Source of the DNA: Hypanus sabinus
Lineage: Eukaryota
Length of the DNA stretch: 64,000 bases
Assembly: GCF_030144855.1 (NCBI RefSeq)
Contig: NC_082709.1
Span: forward strand, 24,180,001-24,244,000
Reading direction: 5' to 3'
Made by a program: the position numbers and the translations under genes. Positions 26,671 to 40,790 of the stretch are shown here, piece after piece. Under the pieces are notes generated by a model. It was given only the letters and a program-made list of their open reading frames with translations. It was not told where the DNA came from and ran no database searches. How positions within the stretch are numbered: position 1 is the stretch's first letter; each line of letters opens with the position of its first letter.

Positions 26671-27739
26671 TATATCAGCGATATCTTGGTTGGGCCATGG
26701 TCTAGAGAAATTCATCAAGACCATTTGAAAGAGCACATTCTGAATTTTACCCATTGATCACCATACCCTAATTCACTGGAATTGTATCATTGCATGATAA
26801 GAGTATGAAAATCATACTAGCTAACACTGTACTACAGTAGTGAATGGCAATAATGCACGGACCAGGCCCAGAAATAACATAACGTGCTTTGGGTAAAGTC
26901 TAAGAGAACAGTGTGTTAGCAAGAGATGAGGTGATTTTGTGATCAATATAACTAGTAATGTGTCACTGATTAAATGCTTATAATAAGTAATTAATTTCTT
27001 TAATTAACCCTGTTATCTCTCAGCTGCCCCCCTTGCTACTGAAACACCCACCCCCAACACCAACTGCTTTATCTTTATATCCCACTTAGAAATTCCCACC
27101 ACATCACTACACCTGGGGGGAGGTGCGATATCACCCAGTTTGAGATCCCTGGTGTAGAGAGAGTAGAGCAGTGGGGTAAACCTGCATTTTTGAGATGCGG
27201 CTATGTTGATTGTCAGCAAGGGGATATTACTTCTGCACTGACAGTGGTCCCCCGATGAAGATGTCAACGATGCAGTTGCAGAAAGGTATAGAGGCCCAGG
27301 TTTCGAAGCCTGTTGAGTAATACCTAGAGGATGATCTTGTTGAATGCTGGGCTGAGTCAATTAACAGCACCCCAATGTAGTTATTGCTGTTATCCATTTA
27401 ACATTTCAGGTTGAAAACCCTGGAGAATCAAAATTGTTCATTCTGGTTCTCTTTCATTTTCAGTGGAAGCTACTTAATCTGAGATTTACTGACATTTTCA
27501 GGCTTTATTTTAGACTTTCAGCATCAACATATTTTCATATTTTGTAGGCTTAGGAGAATTTACAGTTTTTTTTACAGTCAATGCAGAATTTCTTGGAAGG
27601 TACCCATTGTAGAAAGTCCACAGAAAGGTTACACAAAAAAATGGCCAAACCAAGTGATCTTTTTCATTGGAGTTACTGAGAGACAAATGTTAGTCAGTAT
27701 AGAATAACCAGCTGATAGCGTTCATCATTATTCAGTGTC

Positions 27740-30700
27740 TTTTCTTTTTAAATCTTTTTATTAGTTTTAAACAAACATAAATGAAACATGAATACAAAAT
27801 GTTTGAGAGTACATAATTAATAGTTTAAATAGACATTCAGATATGTAATAATAAAAATATATAACCTCTCAAACTCAGAACATTAATGAACAACGAAGTA
27901 AAAAGAGAAAAAAAAGAAAAAACCCCAAAAAAAGAGAGAATATTTTTTTAAAAAAAAACACTAAGCAACATGGGCCATTGAATAATATTAAGTACATGTA
28001 CAGTAGTGCCAATAACTCCGAACCTCCATCCAATTAATTAAGGATAATATAAGTAAGGTTTAGGAAAAGACAATTCAACTCATGTGAAAATGTTGAATAA
28101 AAGGTCTCCAAGTTTCTTCAAATTTAACTGAAGGATCAAAAACCACACTTCTAAATTTTCTAAACTCAAACAAGAAATAGTTTGAGAAAACCACTGAACT
28201 ACAGTTGGAGGATTAATTTCTTTCCAATTCAATAAAATAGATCTTCTAGCCAATAATGTAACAAATGCAATCATTCGTTGAGATGAGGCGGATAAACGAT
28301 TATTATCCGTCATTGGTAAACCGAAAATTGCAGTAAGAGGATGCGGTTGAAAATTAATATTTAAAACTCTTGAAATAATACTGAAAATATCTTTCCAATA
28401 ATTTTGTAAACAAGGACAAGACCAGAACATATGAGTCAATGAAGCAACATCAGAATGACATCTATCGCAGGTTGAGTTAAGATGAGAATAAAATCGAGCT
28501 AGTTTATCCTTAGACATATGACCTCTATGTACAACCTTAAATTGTATTAGGGCATGTTTAGCACAAATAGAGGACGAATTTACCAATAATAAAATTTTTT
28601 CCCATTGCTCAGTAGATATAGGACAATGCAACTCTTCTTGCCATTCCTTCTTAATTTTTTCTGATACATCTAACTGTAAATTCATGATCATCTTATAAAT
28701 GATAGCTACTAAACCCTTTTGATAAGGATTAAGGGCTAAAATTCTATCTGTAATGTCCAATGGACATTCTTTCGAAAAAGACTGTAACTCATTATACAAA
28801 AAAAATTCTAACTTGTAAATATCTAAAAAAATGGGTTTTAGGTAAATTATATTTATTAGATAGCTGTTCAAAGGGCGTAATGTTATCATCCAGAAACAGA
28901 TCACGTTAACATGTTATACCTTTTGTTTTCCATAAAAGAAAAGCTTGATCCATAGATGAAGGCCAAAAAAAAAAATTAGATATTATAGGACATGATAAAA
29001 TGAATTTATTCAAACCAAAAAATTTATGAAATTGAAACCAAATTCGTAATGTATATCTGACTATAGGATTAGTTATCTGTTTATTCAATTTGAATAAAGA
29101 AAAAGGAAGTGAAGATCCTAAGATTGAAATCAGTGAAAAATCTTGCACAGATTTACATTCCAAATTTACCCATTGTGGGCAAGTAGCTATAGTCCATTCT
29201 TGTGTCCAGAATATTAAATACCATATATTGACTGCCCAATAGTAAAATCTTAAGTTTGGTAAAGCCAAGCCGCCCTCCTTCTTAGGCTTCTGTAAATATT
29301 TTTTACCCAATCTAGGATTTTTGTTCTGCCACAAGTAAGAAGATATTTTAGAGTCAATAGTATCAAAAAAAGCTTTAGGAATAAAAATTGGTAATGCTTG
29401 AAATAAATATAAGAATTTAGGAAGTATCATCATCTTAATAGCATTAACTCTACCAACCAATGACAAAGATAGTGGAGACCACCTAATAGCAAGTTGCTTA
29501 ATTTGATCAATTAAAGGTAAAAAGTTAACCTTAAATAAATCTTTATGTTTTTTAGTAATTTTAATACCTAGGTAAGTAAAATAATCTGTAACAATTTTAT
29601 ATAGTAAATGTTTATAAATTGGAACTTGTATATTTAATGGAAATAGTTCACTCTTGTTAAAATTCAATTTATAACCAGAAAAATTACTAAATTGAGCAAG
29701 CAAAGATGAAATAGCAGGGATAGATCTTTCAGGGTCAGATATATATAATAACAAATCATCAGCATGTAATGATACTTTATACGTCCTCTCCCCACGGGTA
29801 ATACCCAGAATATTAGGTGATTCACAAATAGCTATAGCCAATGGTTCTAAAGCAATGTCAAATAGTAAAGGACTTTAAGGGCAACCTTGCCTTGTACTAC
29901 GAAATAGCTGAACAAAAGGGGATCTTTGATTATTGGTAAAAACCGAAGCTAAAGGTTTATGGTATATTAATTTAATCCATGATATAAATTTTGAACTAAA
30001 ATTAAATTGTTGCATTGTAGTAAATAAATATGGCCATTCAACTCTAGCAAATGCTTTTTCAGCATCTAAAGAAATAACACATTCTGGTATTTTAGATGAA
30101 GAAGTATAAATAATATTAATTAATTTTCTAATGTTAAAAGATGAATAGCGATTTTTAATAAATCCAGTCTGATCTTCAGAAATAATTTGAGGTAATATAT
30201 TTTCTAATCTAATAGCCAAAATTTTACTGAAAATCTTAAAATCCATATTTAATAAGGATATAGGCCGATAGGATGCACATTCAGTAGGGTCTTGATCTTT
30301 TTTAAGAATTAAAGAAATAGAAGCTTCATAAAAAGTTTGTGGTAATTTACCTACACTTAATGCATCTTTAAAAATTTTACAAAGCCAAGGAGAAAGTATA
30401 GGAGAAAAAGATTTAAAAAATTCTACAGGAAAACCATCTGGACCAGAAGCTTTACCAGAATTCATTAAAAAAATAGCCTTTTCTATTTCAGACTCCGTAA
30501 TAGGTGTATCTAAAATTACGTTATCCTCAATAGTTACTTTTGGAATATTCAATTTCCTTAAAAATTCATTTATTAAAGAAGAGTCCTTAGTGAATTCTGA
30601 TTGATATAAGGAGTTATAAAAATCTTGAAAGGCTCTATTTATCTCTTTGTGGTCGATCGTCAGAGTACCATCTTGTTTACGAATCCTAGTAATCTGTCGT

Positions 30701-32001
30701 TTATCCGAAACAATTTTCAATTGATTAGCCAATAATTTACCAGACTTATCTCCATGCATATAGAATTGAGTTTTTAATTTAATTAACTGACTTTCAATCG
30801 AAGAGGATAATAATAAACTATGTTCCATTTGAAGTTCCACTCTTTCTTTATAAAGTTCTTTACTAGGGGTCATTGAATAAATGTTATCAATTGCTTTGAT
30901 TTTATCAACTAATGTTAATATTTTAGAATTAGTTTGTTTCCTAACTCCAGCAGAGTATGAACTAATCTGTCCATGAATATATGCTTTAAAAGTATCCCAC
31001 AAAATTCCACTAGAGATCTCTGCTGTAGAATTTGTTGAGAAAAACAAATCAATTTGTTGTTTAATAAAGTTAACAAAGTCTAAACCCTGCAATAAAATAG
31101 GATTAAACCTCCAAAATTTAGCATTGATATATGAATCCGTTATTTTGATAACTTCAGAGGTGCATGATCAGATATGGTAATACAGTCATATTTACAATCA
31201 GTAACATCTGTGAGTAAATGGTGATCAATGAAAAAGTAATCAATTCTTGAGTAATTATGATAAACATGGGAAAAGTATGAAAACTCTTTGTCATTAGGGT
31301 GTAGAAAACGCCAAATTTCACAAATAGCTGAATCAATCATAAAAGAGTTAATAAGAGAAGCCGATTTATTCGGAAGAGTTTGGGTAGGCTTGGATCTATC
31401 CATCACAGGGTTTAAACAACAGTTAAAATCCCCACCCATTATCAGTCTATATTGATTCAGATTAGGAAAGGATGTAAATAAGCATTTAAAAAATTCAGGA
31501 CAATCAGTATTTGGAGCATAAACATTAACTAAAACAACTTTTTGATTAAAAAGTAGACCAGTAATAAGCAAAAATCTACCTTGTGGATCTGAAATTGTTT
31601 CATGATGTATAAAAGAAATTGATGAGTCTATAAAAATAGAAACACCTCTTACTTCGGCTTGCGAATTTGCGTGATACTGTTGGTCCTTCCAAAACCTAAA
31701 AAAAACGTTGACTATCCACCTTCCTTACATGAGTCTCCTGCACAAAAATAACATTAGCATTCATTCTATGGAATACTTTGAATATTTTTTTCCGTTTGAT
31801 CGGATGATTTAAACCATTAGTATTCCAAGAAACAAAATTACTAATCCTATCCATATTGACAATATTTATTACAGTTAACACATAAGTTTAAAAAAAAGTG
31901 AACTCATGAACCCGGAAGAAGGAAGTGAGTTCAAGGAGAAACCGGAAGTCACGGCACTGCAACCATTTTTGTAGTTTCATATAGGCCCATGAAATAAAAC
32001 T
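27740..32001 (-). mobile_element. L1-clade LINE, 5'-truncated just upstream of a near-complete but disrupted ORF2
   Basis: EN motifs SWNTNGL, QETH, GGDFN, SRIDYFF, SDH; RT motifs YRPISLLN, SLDAEKAF, RQGCP, HADD; CCHC motif CDRC...HMFWSC; A-rich tail; 16-bp TSD with 2 mismatches (27724-27739, 32002-32017). Confidence 0.93.
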
Positions 32002-32562
32002 ATGATTAGTCAGTGTCATTCGAATAAGTTTAAAAAGTTTGGCATAAATGCATACTTAGTATGCCAGCTGTATTAGGAGTTCAGTGTTTTGCTAATCAAA
32101 TGCACCAACCAATTTATGCACTGATTGACCCACTGAAGCCCCACTCTTTGCTGAGAGCTAATTTTCATATTTTGGGGATTTTTATGATAAACTATTAAAA
32201 CATTGGAAATATGCAGCCCTTAAAACAGATACTGGAAATGTACAAAATATTAAAATTCATCAGAGTCTGATGCTTCATAAAGCTGTACATTTACAGATGA
32301 GTACAAATCCTTAAGTTAACAGGGCTAGCCACAATGAAGCTAAATGAAAATGTAAAGGTGTTTTAAATTTGCTTGGTTAAAACAATTCTTATTTTGCTTT
32401 AAGTTATATGCATTAAACATTGATGTTCAGTTCTGTTATGACAAGGTGATTGGTACCATTTACCAATTAAAGCAGATAGATTATATTTGAAACAGCACTT
32501 TTGCAAAGTGTGACAGGGAATGTAATTATTCTGTTTGGAATTTCATGATTTTAAAATTTTAG

Positions 32563-32786
32563 CACAGATTTATGACAAGCCAAATGCCTTTCGTGGATTA
32601 CAATTTCCAAACTTGGTGGATCTTCGACAAGTCACAGTTATTCCAAAAGCAGAATGGCAACGTATCCAGGATGATTTGAATGGAATAAATAAAGAAGCTG
32701 AATTTTTACGAACTCTGAAGGAAGAAAGGGAAGCTTTACATTTACAATCTAAAGAAATAACTAAGCACTGGACAAACACCATTACA
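32563..32786 (+). CDS. CFAP210: CFAP210 exon 2
   Basis: Acceptor TTTTAG, donor GTAAGC; encodes VDLRQVTVIPKAEWQRIQDDL...KHWTNTIT. Confidence 0.9.
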
Positions 32787-33614
32787 GTAAGCATTCTTTT
32801 AAGTATCTCGCACCATCTGTCATTGTTATGTTGTACATTATAGTGTATTATTGTTTGTCACAATTCATCAGTTAAAATTTGAAAAAAATTTATTGTGAAT
32901 CCAATAAGGAAGCACGAATTTTAAAATATAACATCCAAGCTATAGTTGAGTTCATTTGTTTGTATCTGATAAACAGATGTAAAATGAGGATAGAAAATCA
33001 GAAAAGATAGGAGTTAGCAAAATTTTATTTTACACTTCCAGGAATAACCTTGAGTATTCTTCTTTAGTTTTCAATTTGAAAGTAATGACACAGAGTTTCT
33101 ACCCAGTTTTATGTATTTTGTCCAGATCATGTTGCTGTAAGGGGAATTGAAATAAACACCATCGCATGTCGTCACAACAGTGAAGCAATTTAAATTATCC
33201 TGTTTAGTGAACAACTTTATAGCTTTGTGCATTTGTGTCTCCTGAATGACTCTGATAATTTCACACAAATAATTCTAACTAGAAGGAGGCTTAGTATGAA
33301 AATTTACATTGTATTTGTAGAGGTTTGTTATTCATTGTAACATCCAACTGTAAAACTAGGAACAAAAGAGATCAACCAGTCCCTTAACTTAAGCCTTCTC
33401 TACTATTGAGCAGTACCATTGCTGATCCAATCTTAGTCAAATACAGACAGTCTCAAGGTCACTTCTGTGGACAGACTCAAATTGACAGTACTTCAACCTC
33501 TCAGTAGCCGCATGTCTTCAAAGTATGTTGTTTATTAGGGAAACCATGACAGCATTGCTTCACGTATTCTAATCTGCAGCCAAAATCTGCCATAAGTATT
33601 AAACTGTCAGAGAC

Positions 33615-36600
33615 TTACAAACCAATTGAATTTTATGGTTATAGGTTGCCTATTAGTCACCAGCAGCCAATCAGAAAAGGCTCCCTTTATTTTCACCCTT
33701 TTTCTCCTACCAATTAGCCATTGCTCTATCTGTGCTATCCATCTTTCCTCTAACACCATGGGCTCTTATCTTGCTAAGCAGCCTCATGTACATCATCTTG
33801 TCAAAGGCCTTCCAAAGATCCAAGTACACAATGTCCACCAATTCTCCTCTGTTTTTCCTGCGTGTTATTTCCTCAAAGAATTACAAAAGATTTATCGGGC
33901 AAGACTTTTCCTTAAGGAAATCGCATTGATGTTGGCCTACCTAACCATGTGCCACCAAGTACCCCGAAACTTACGAGACTCCAGCATCTTCCCAACCTCA
34001 TCCTCAATAAGGGACTTCACCATCTTCCCTACAAATAAGGTCAGGTTAATTGGCCTATAATTTCCTTCCTGCTGCCTCCCTCCCTTCTTGAAGAGTGAAG
34101 TGACATTTGCAATTTTCCAATCCTCCAGAATCATGCCAGAATCCAGTGATTCTTGAAGGATCATTGCTAATGCCTCCACAGTCTCTTCAGCCACTTCTTT
34201 CAGAACCCTTGGGTGTAGTCCATCCAGTACAGTTGACTTATCTACCTTTAGACTTTTCTGATTTCCTAGCACCTCTTCCTAGTAATAGTAACTGCCCTCA
34301 CTTCTGCCCTCTGACTCTCTCAAACTTCTGGCATATTGCTAGTGTCTTCCTCAGTGAAGACTGATGTAATATACTTATTCAGTTCACCTGTCATTTCCTT
34401 GTCCCTGAATACTACCTCTCCAGCATCATTTTCTAGCAGTCTGATATCTATTCTCACCTCTCTTTTACTCTTCATATATCTGAATAAAATTTTGGTACCC
34501 TCTTTGATAATATTAGCTAGCTTACCTTTATACTTGATCTTTTCCCTTCTTATGGCTTTTTAGTTGCCTTCTGTTGGTTTTTAGAAGGTTCCCAATCCCC
34601 TAACTTCCCACTAATTTTTGCTCTATTATATGTCCTTTCTTTTGCTTTTATGTTGGCTTTGCTTCCCTTGACACCCATAGTTGGTCATCCTGCATTTAGA
34701 ATACTTCTTCTTTGTGATGTATCTATCCTGCAGCTTTCAAATTGTCCCCAGAAACTCCAGCCATTGCTGCTCTGCCATATGCCTGCCTGTGTCTCTACCA
34801 ATCAACTTTGTCCAGCTCCTCTCTCATACCTCTGTAATTCCATTTGCTCTACTGTAATACTGATGCATTTGACTTTACCTTCTTCCTATCAAACTGCAGG
34901 GTGAATTCTATCATATTATGATTACTGTCTTCAAAGGGTTGCTTTACCTTAAGCACCTTAATCAAATCTGGTTCATTACACATCATCCAATCCAGAATAG
35001 CTGATCTCCCAAGTGGTTCAACCACGAGTTACTCAAAAAAACCCCCATCTTATAGGCATTCTACAAATTCTCTCTCTTAGGATCCAAAATCATCACCAGC
35101 CTGATTTTCCCAATCTACCTGCATATTGAAATCCCCCATGATTATCATAACATTACCCTTTTGACAAGCATTTCTTATCTCCTATTGTAATCTGCAGCCC
35201 ACATCATGACGACTGTTTGGAGGCCTGTATAAAACTCCCATCAGGGTCTTTTTAACTGTACCCAGAACAATTCTACACCTTCTGAGCCTATGTCACCTCT
35301 TTCTAAGGATTTAATTTCATTTTTTACCGACAAAGCCACACCATTCCCTCTGCCTTCCTCTCAATATGTGTATCCTTTCACGTTAAGCTCCCAACCATAA
35401 TCTTCTTTCTGCCGTGACTCAATGATGTCCACAAAATCACACCTGTCAGTTTCTAACTGTGCTACAAGTTCCATATACCTTATTCCATATACTTCATGCA
35501 TTCAAGTATAATGTAGCTTTCCCAGAAGAGATCTCAATGATCCAGAAATCTGAAGAACCCTGCCCCCTGCAACAGTTCCTTAACCATGCATTATCTGCCA
35601 AATCATCCTATTCTTACCCTCACTGACATGTGGTACAGGCAGTAATCCAGTGATTACTACCCTGGAAGTGCTGTATTTCAGGTTTCTACCTTGCTCCCTA
35701 TATTATCTCTTAAGGACCTCCTCCCTTTTCCTACCTCTGTCATTGGTGCCAATATGTACCAAGACTTCTGGCTGCTCACCCTTTCCCTTTAGAATGCTAT
35801 GGACCCCATCTGAGACATCCCTGATTCTGGCATATAAGAGGCAACACACTTTCCAGGTGTCTCAGTTGCGTCTACTGAATCTCGTGTCTAGTCCTCTAAC
35901 TATGGAAGGCTCTATCACTACTGCAGTCATCTTCTTCCCTCTCCCCTTCTGAGCCACAGCGCCAGACTCAGTGCCAGAGACAGCATCGCTGCAGTTTTCC
36001 CCTAGCTTCCTTGCCAATAGTATTCAAAGCAGTATACTTATTATTGGGAAGAATGGCCACAAGGGTACTCTACACTGGTTTCCCATTTCCTTTTTGTCTC
36101 CTGATCCAGGTACTTTCCTCCTGCAACTTAGGAGTAACTACTTCCCAAACACTCCTATCTATCACCTCCTCAGTTTCCCATATGAGCCGAAGTTTCTTAA
36201 CATGGTCTCCAAGGAGCTGCAACAGTTGTGGTTATCTGGGATGCTGGAGGTCTGCCAGAACTCTCACACTTCACTGAAAGAACAAAACACAGCCCCTAAA
36301 ACCATCCTCACTGCTCTAACTATATTACTAACAGGCAAAGAATAAAGAAAAAACCTACCAGACACCTACCTCACCCAAACCTGTTCTCACCGAAGCTTGA
36401 TGAGCCCAAGCCTCGCCACTCTTAACACTGGTCCACTCACACAATGGCCGCTCCAACAATGGCTCCTCTGCTTGTTGGTACCTTATTTCTATTTTCCCTT
36501 GCTAATGAATCACTGTTTAATTGAGGCTCTAAAAAATGTCAAAAGCCCAAGAATGCTCGTTTTTTAAAATCTCACTCACAAACCTGTGAGTTCCCTCCCC
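33615..36600 (-). mobile_element. Decayed CR1 LINE including 5' region, ORF1 remnant and EN/RT
   Basis: DGLHPRVLKEVAEE...EDWKIANVTSLFKKGGRQQEGNYRPINLT; ORF1-like sequence at ~35.6-36.2 kb. Confidence 0.8.
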
Positions 36601-38078
36601 TCTCTCTCCTGATTTAATTGGGCTACTGGAAAAATAATCGGATATACAATCCTAAGGCGGTTTGACCGAGTAGAGGTTGAGATTTTTAACTAGTGGGAGA
36701 ATTATGAACAAGGGACATAGCTGCTTAATAAGGGACTGATCATTAAAAACTGAGCTACATAAAAATTACTTCTCTGAGAGGGTAGTGATACTCTGGAATT
36801 CTCTGTTCCTGAGAGTGATGGAGGCCAGATCATTAAATATATTTAAAGTGGAGATAGATAAATATTTGAAAGATAGAACAATTGAGGATTATGGGTACCT
36901 GGCACAGAAGAGGAGGACATACTAAATGACATTGATTGAGCAAGTGGTGTGAACCACCTTTCTGAATTGCTGTACTACTTCCAAAGGTATTTCTCTAGTG
37001 ATGTTGAAGAGTAAAGTTATAGGATTTTGTCCCAGCAAATTAGATCAAATGAAAGAGGGAATGGCAATCATTTGGAGGAGAAAATGCAGGTGCTGATGCT
37101 CCCATGTGCCTGAACCCTTTGTCCTTTTGGATACTAAATATTTGCAAGGTTCTTTTTAGGGTATTCTCACACATGATTTATAATATCAGACATCTAACTC
37201 TAGTACGTTGTCTTCTCTCTATTTCTTTCTGTTATCCCTGGTCAAACTGCATTAAATTCCTAAAGCACAAGAATACAGTGAAATATCGGGAATAATATGT
37301 TGCTGTATTTGTTGGTCATGTGTTTAGTGGTTAAATAGGTTGCTATAGTTAAGTCTTCATTGAAAAGTACATACCTTGGCTAGGCTTGTTGCTTCTAAGG
37401 ACACACTATCTTTCAATCTCTTATTTAATTCCTTACTGTAGAAGGAATTTATTCCCCATATATACACTGGAGCCATTGCCGCAAAAGACACTTAATTTTA
37501 GCATTTGTCCTTCTATATTGGTATGGCAATGTATTGATTTTAATTGTATGCCATGACTAACTTATTCTAAATAATATTTTATTTAATGCCAAAAGGCTTA
37601 TTTTTTTTAATAATCTCTGCATGTGTTCTTGTATACACTTCATGTTAACATCATATCTACACATCTGATTTTGAGTCATTTCTTAAAATAACCACCATCC
37701 TTGGGATAAATTTATATACTCAATAGTTGTGGGAAGCCAAAAGAAGTCAAATAAACACTTCACTAATAATGTGCTCAAGCTATAGTAAGTATTTTAATCC
37801 ACAGATTTGAATACATATATTAATATTCATAATTAACTACTTGTAGAATAACCATGCTGAACTTCAGAGCCTCGAAACTGCAATAAAGGTATATTACATT
37901 TCATGCAAAAGCACTGATTGCCTCTGTGGAAACAATTATTATAATAGAATCAGCTGCTGAGGATCTTGTATCAAGAGTAAATTAAATGTTATGTAATTGA
38001 AAAGTTAATGTCTCATAGCGAAAATGTTAAAATGTTTTCAAAAGCTAATTTCTAAAAACAATGTATGATCTATCCTAG

Positions 38079-38252
38079 GGTCACAGACAAAGAAGACTTG
38101 ATGCAGGAAAACAACGTAAAGAAAAGGAAGAAGAGGATAGGAGACAAATAGATTTAGAAGAGGCAAAATATATGGAACAGAAAAGAAAAGAACATCTGGA
38201 ACGGGCTGAAACTCTGCTTTTCTATCAAACTGATAGAGTGAAAGGATTTAAT
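38079..38252 (+). CDS. CFAP210: CFAP210 exon 3
   Basis: Encodes GHRQRRLDAGKQRKEKEEEDRRQIDLEEA...FYQTDRVKGFN; flanked by AG and GT. Confidence 0.9.
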
Positions 38253-39753
38253 GTACAGTATAATGTTTTTTTCTAAGAAGTTTATAATATCTTTTGAATT
38301 AAAAATTATTGTAATTGAATATTATAAAATTGATTTTATTTTGTCAATCTTATAATTTTGCTCCAGAAATTAAATTATTTCTTAATTAATCCATCACCAT
38401 AGTTAACTTGCTTTATTCATTTGACTGGATTTCAACATTACCTAACCAATGCTTCAACCTATTGATTCATCTGAATCAGTTGTTCTTTCAGCTATGTAGA
38501 ATTACATTGATAGGAAGCATAGTATGTGTATTACAGGGAGTGGGGTGAAAAGTTCAATATGGATAAGTCTGAGGCCATCTGCTGAAAAAATAAATGGAAT
38601 AATTTATTGCCATTGAGAGATTAAGAGTTACGCAGTAAAAATAATTTTTAGTGTTTATTTAATACTAAAAGTTAGCACAGAGGTCCAAAAAATAGAGTGG
38701 TCTGAGTAGGAGTGGGATGAGGATTAACATGTTGCATAGTTGTAAGGTCTGGATCTCCCTTGCAAACCAAACAGAGGTGTTGTGCAAAGTAGCCAACCAA
38801 TTTGGGTTTGATTCTTCCACTGTTGAGGAGACAATGTCAAGAGCACCTCAGTGTAATCGACTGCCTTGGAAGTAGTACACGTGAATTGCTGCTTCATCTG
38901 AAAAACTTTATGTTCCAGGAATGGTAGAAGAGGTTAAATGCCAGGTAATACATTTCCTATGAGTGGTGGTAACAATATGTTTGATGGTGGCATCTTGTCA
39001 AAGTTGGGGGTAATTCCCAGTATGATCCATTAAACGTGGAGGATGGTGGGGGTGGGTGGCATGATAAGTAAGAACGGGGAAACCTATCTTTTTTTCTTCA
39101 TGGGAGGAGAGGGAGTATGAGAAGTGTGGGAAATAGAGTTATCATGTTTAAGACCTCAGTCAAATATTGCAGAAGGAAAGCCATGTTTAATTTTAAAAAA
39201 ACTAGGTATCTCAGAGCAATGGAATGGAAAGTCTTATCATCAGGTGGAAATGCAAAATTCGGAGAATAGAATGGAATCCTTACTTGGAAGCAGAGGGAGA
39301 GGAGGTGTAATTGATATTTTGTTAAGATTTTTGCTTTTAGCATTAACAGAATGTTCCAGTTTATCTCAAATTGTTCAAACTATGTGTACCCACAATACTT
39401 TGAGCTGATTGCAGGCCTGCGCATATGTACAGAAATTGGATTTGGTGGCCTAAGAGGGACATATCACCTTAAACATGGTAGAGATGCACTACATTGATTT
39501 TTGTAACATTATTTCTATGAAAATGCTTAATATCCACGTTCAAGTTACCTAAGAACACAAACAGTGTACAAGAAATGTAGAGTTAGAAATGGTGACGTGT
39601 ATGAAAGTCAAAATTCAGTCTAGGAGTCATGTTGATGTGAATAAATATAATGAATTTGTAATTTCATTATATAACTTCATCGGATCAGACAGTTTTATTG
39701 GACAATCTACATGACATCAGTGTTTGTCATAATGAACACGCACATTTTTGTAG

Positions 39754-39959
39754 GCTGCACTGATGCTCACTGAAACGCTTAAAGAGCGAGAAGCCCAGAT
39801 TGAATTGAACCGGAAAAGGGAACATCTTCTTAAAAGTCAAGAAAAACAATTTGTGGAGGAAATGCAACGCCAAAGGTACACAAGTGAGGATAGAGAGTAT
39901 CAAAATATGCTAAAACAGAAAGAACAGAGAAAAGCTCTTTCTGATTTCCATCAGCAACA
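39754..39959 (+). CDS. CFAP210: CFAP210 exon 4
   Basis: Encodes AALMLTETLKEREAQIELNRK...; acceptor TTGTAG, donor GTGAGT. Confidence 0.9.
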
Positions 39960-40510
39960 GTGAGTAAAGAATTGATTTTGATTATAGTTTTGAAGTTCAT
40001 TTGTTTGATTTGTAAATTATGTAAAAATGATACTATTGGAAGTGGTATTTTTCAAAGATTTTACACTAAAGCCTGTTATACTCCATAATCTGAATGTAAA
40101 AGATCCATGGCAATATTGCAGGGATGAACTGCAGGGAAGTTATGTTTGGAGTCCATACCAATATTTACATTTAAATCAACATGACTGAAAATAAAGTCTG
40201 ATATTATCATATAATTATTTATTGATGCTTCCTGTAGAACAGTTCTTCCTACACTTCAACTGTGACTCTAAATCAGATAGGGTGCAAAGTGCTTTGGGAC
40301 ATTCTTAGATAATAAAAAAATCAATATAAATTTATTTCTTTTAACTGTTTTAATATAAATAGCAAATAGTTATAAAAAAAACTACATAACATCTTCATAA
40401 TTCTGAATATACTTGACAAAAAATTCCATTAAAAGTATGCTGTTAAAACTGGGGCTTGAAAACTCCTGGTTCTTCTAATCCAGGAATTTGTATTATCATC
40501 ACAATATTAC

Positions 40511-40790
40511 TGGACGGCATGGTAGCATAGTGGTTAGAACAATGCTGTACAGTACAGGTAACCCAGATTTAATTCCCGCTGCTCTTTGTAAGGAGTTTGT
40601 ACGTTCTCCCTGTGATTACGTGAGTTTCTTCCAGGTGCTCCAGTTTTCTCCCACAGTCCAAAGGTGTAATAGTTGGTGGGTCAATTGGTCATTGTAAATT
40701 GTGTTGTGATTAGACTATGATAAATTAGGGGATTGCTGGTTAGCATGACTTGAAGGGCTGGAAAGGCCTATTCTGCACTGCATCTCAATT
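40511..40790 (+). mobile_element. tRNA-derived SINE (HE1/V-SINE-like)
   Basis: A-box-like TAGCATAGTGG; core GGAGTTTGTACGTTCTCCCTGTG...GGTGCTCCAGTTTTCTCCCACAGTCCAAA; CR1-like tail. Related copies at ~12940-13110 (+), ~41200-41440 (-), ~63880-64000 (-). Confidence 0.75.
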
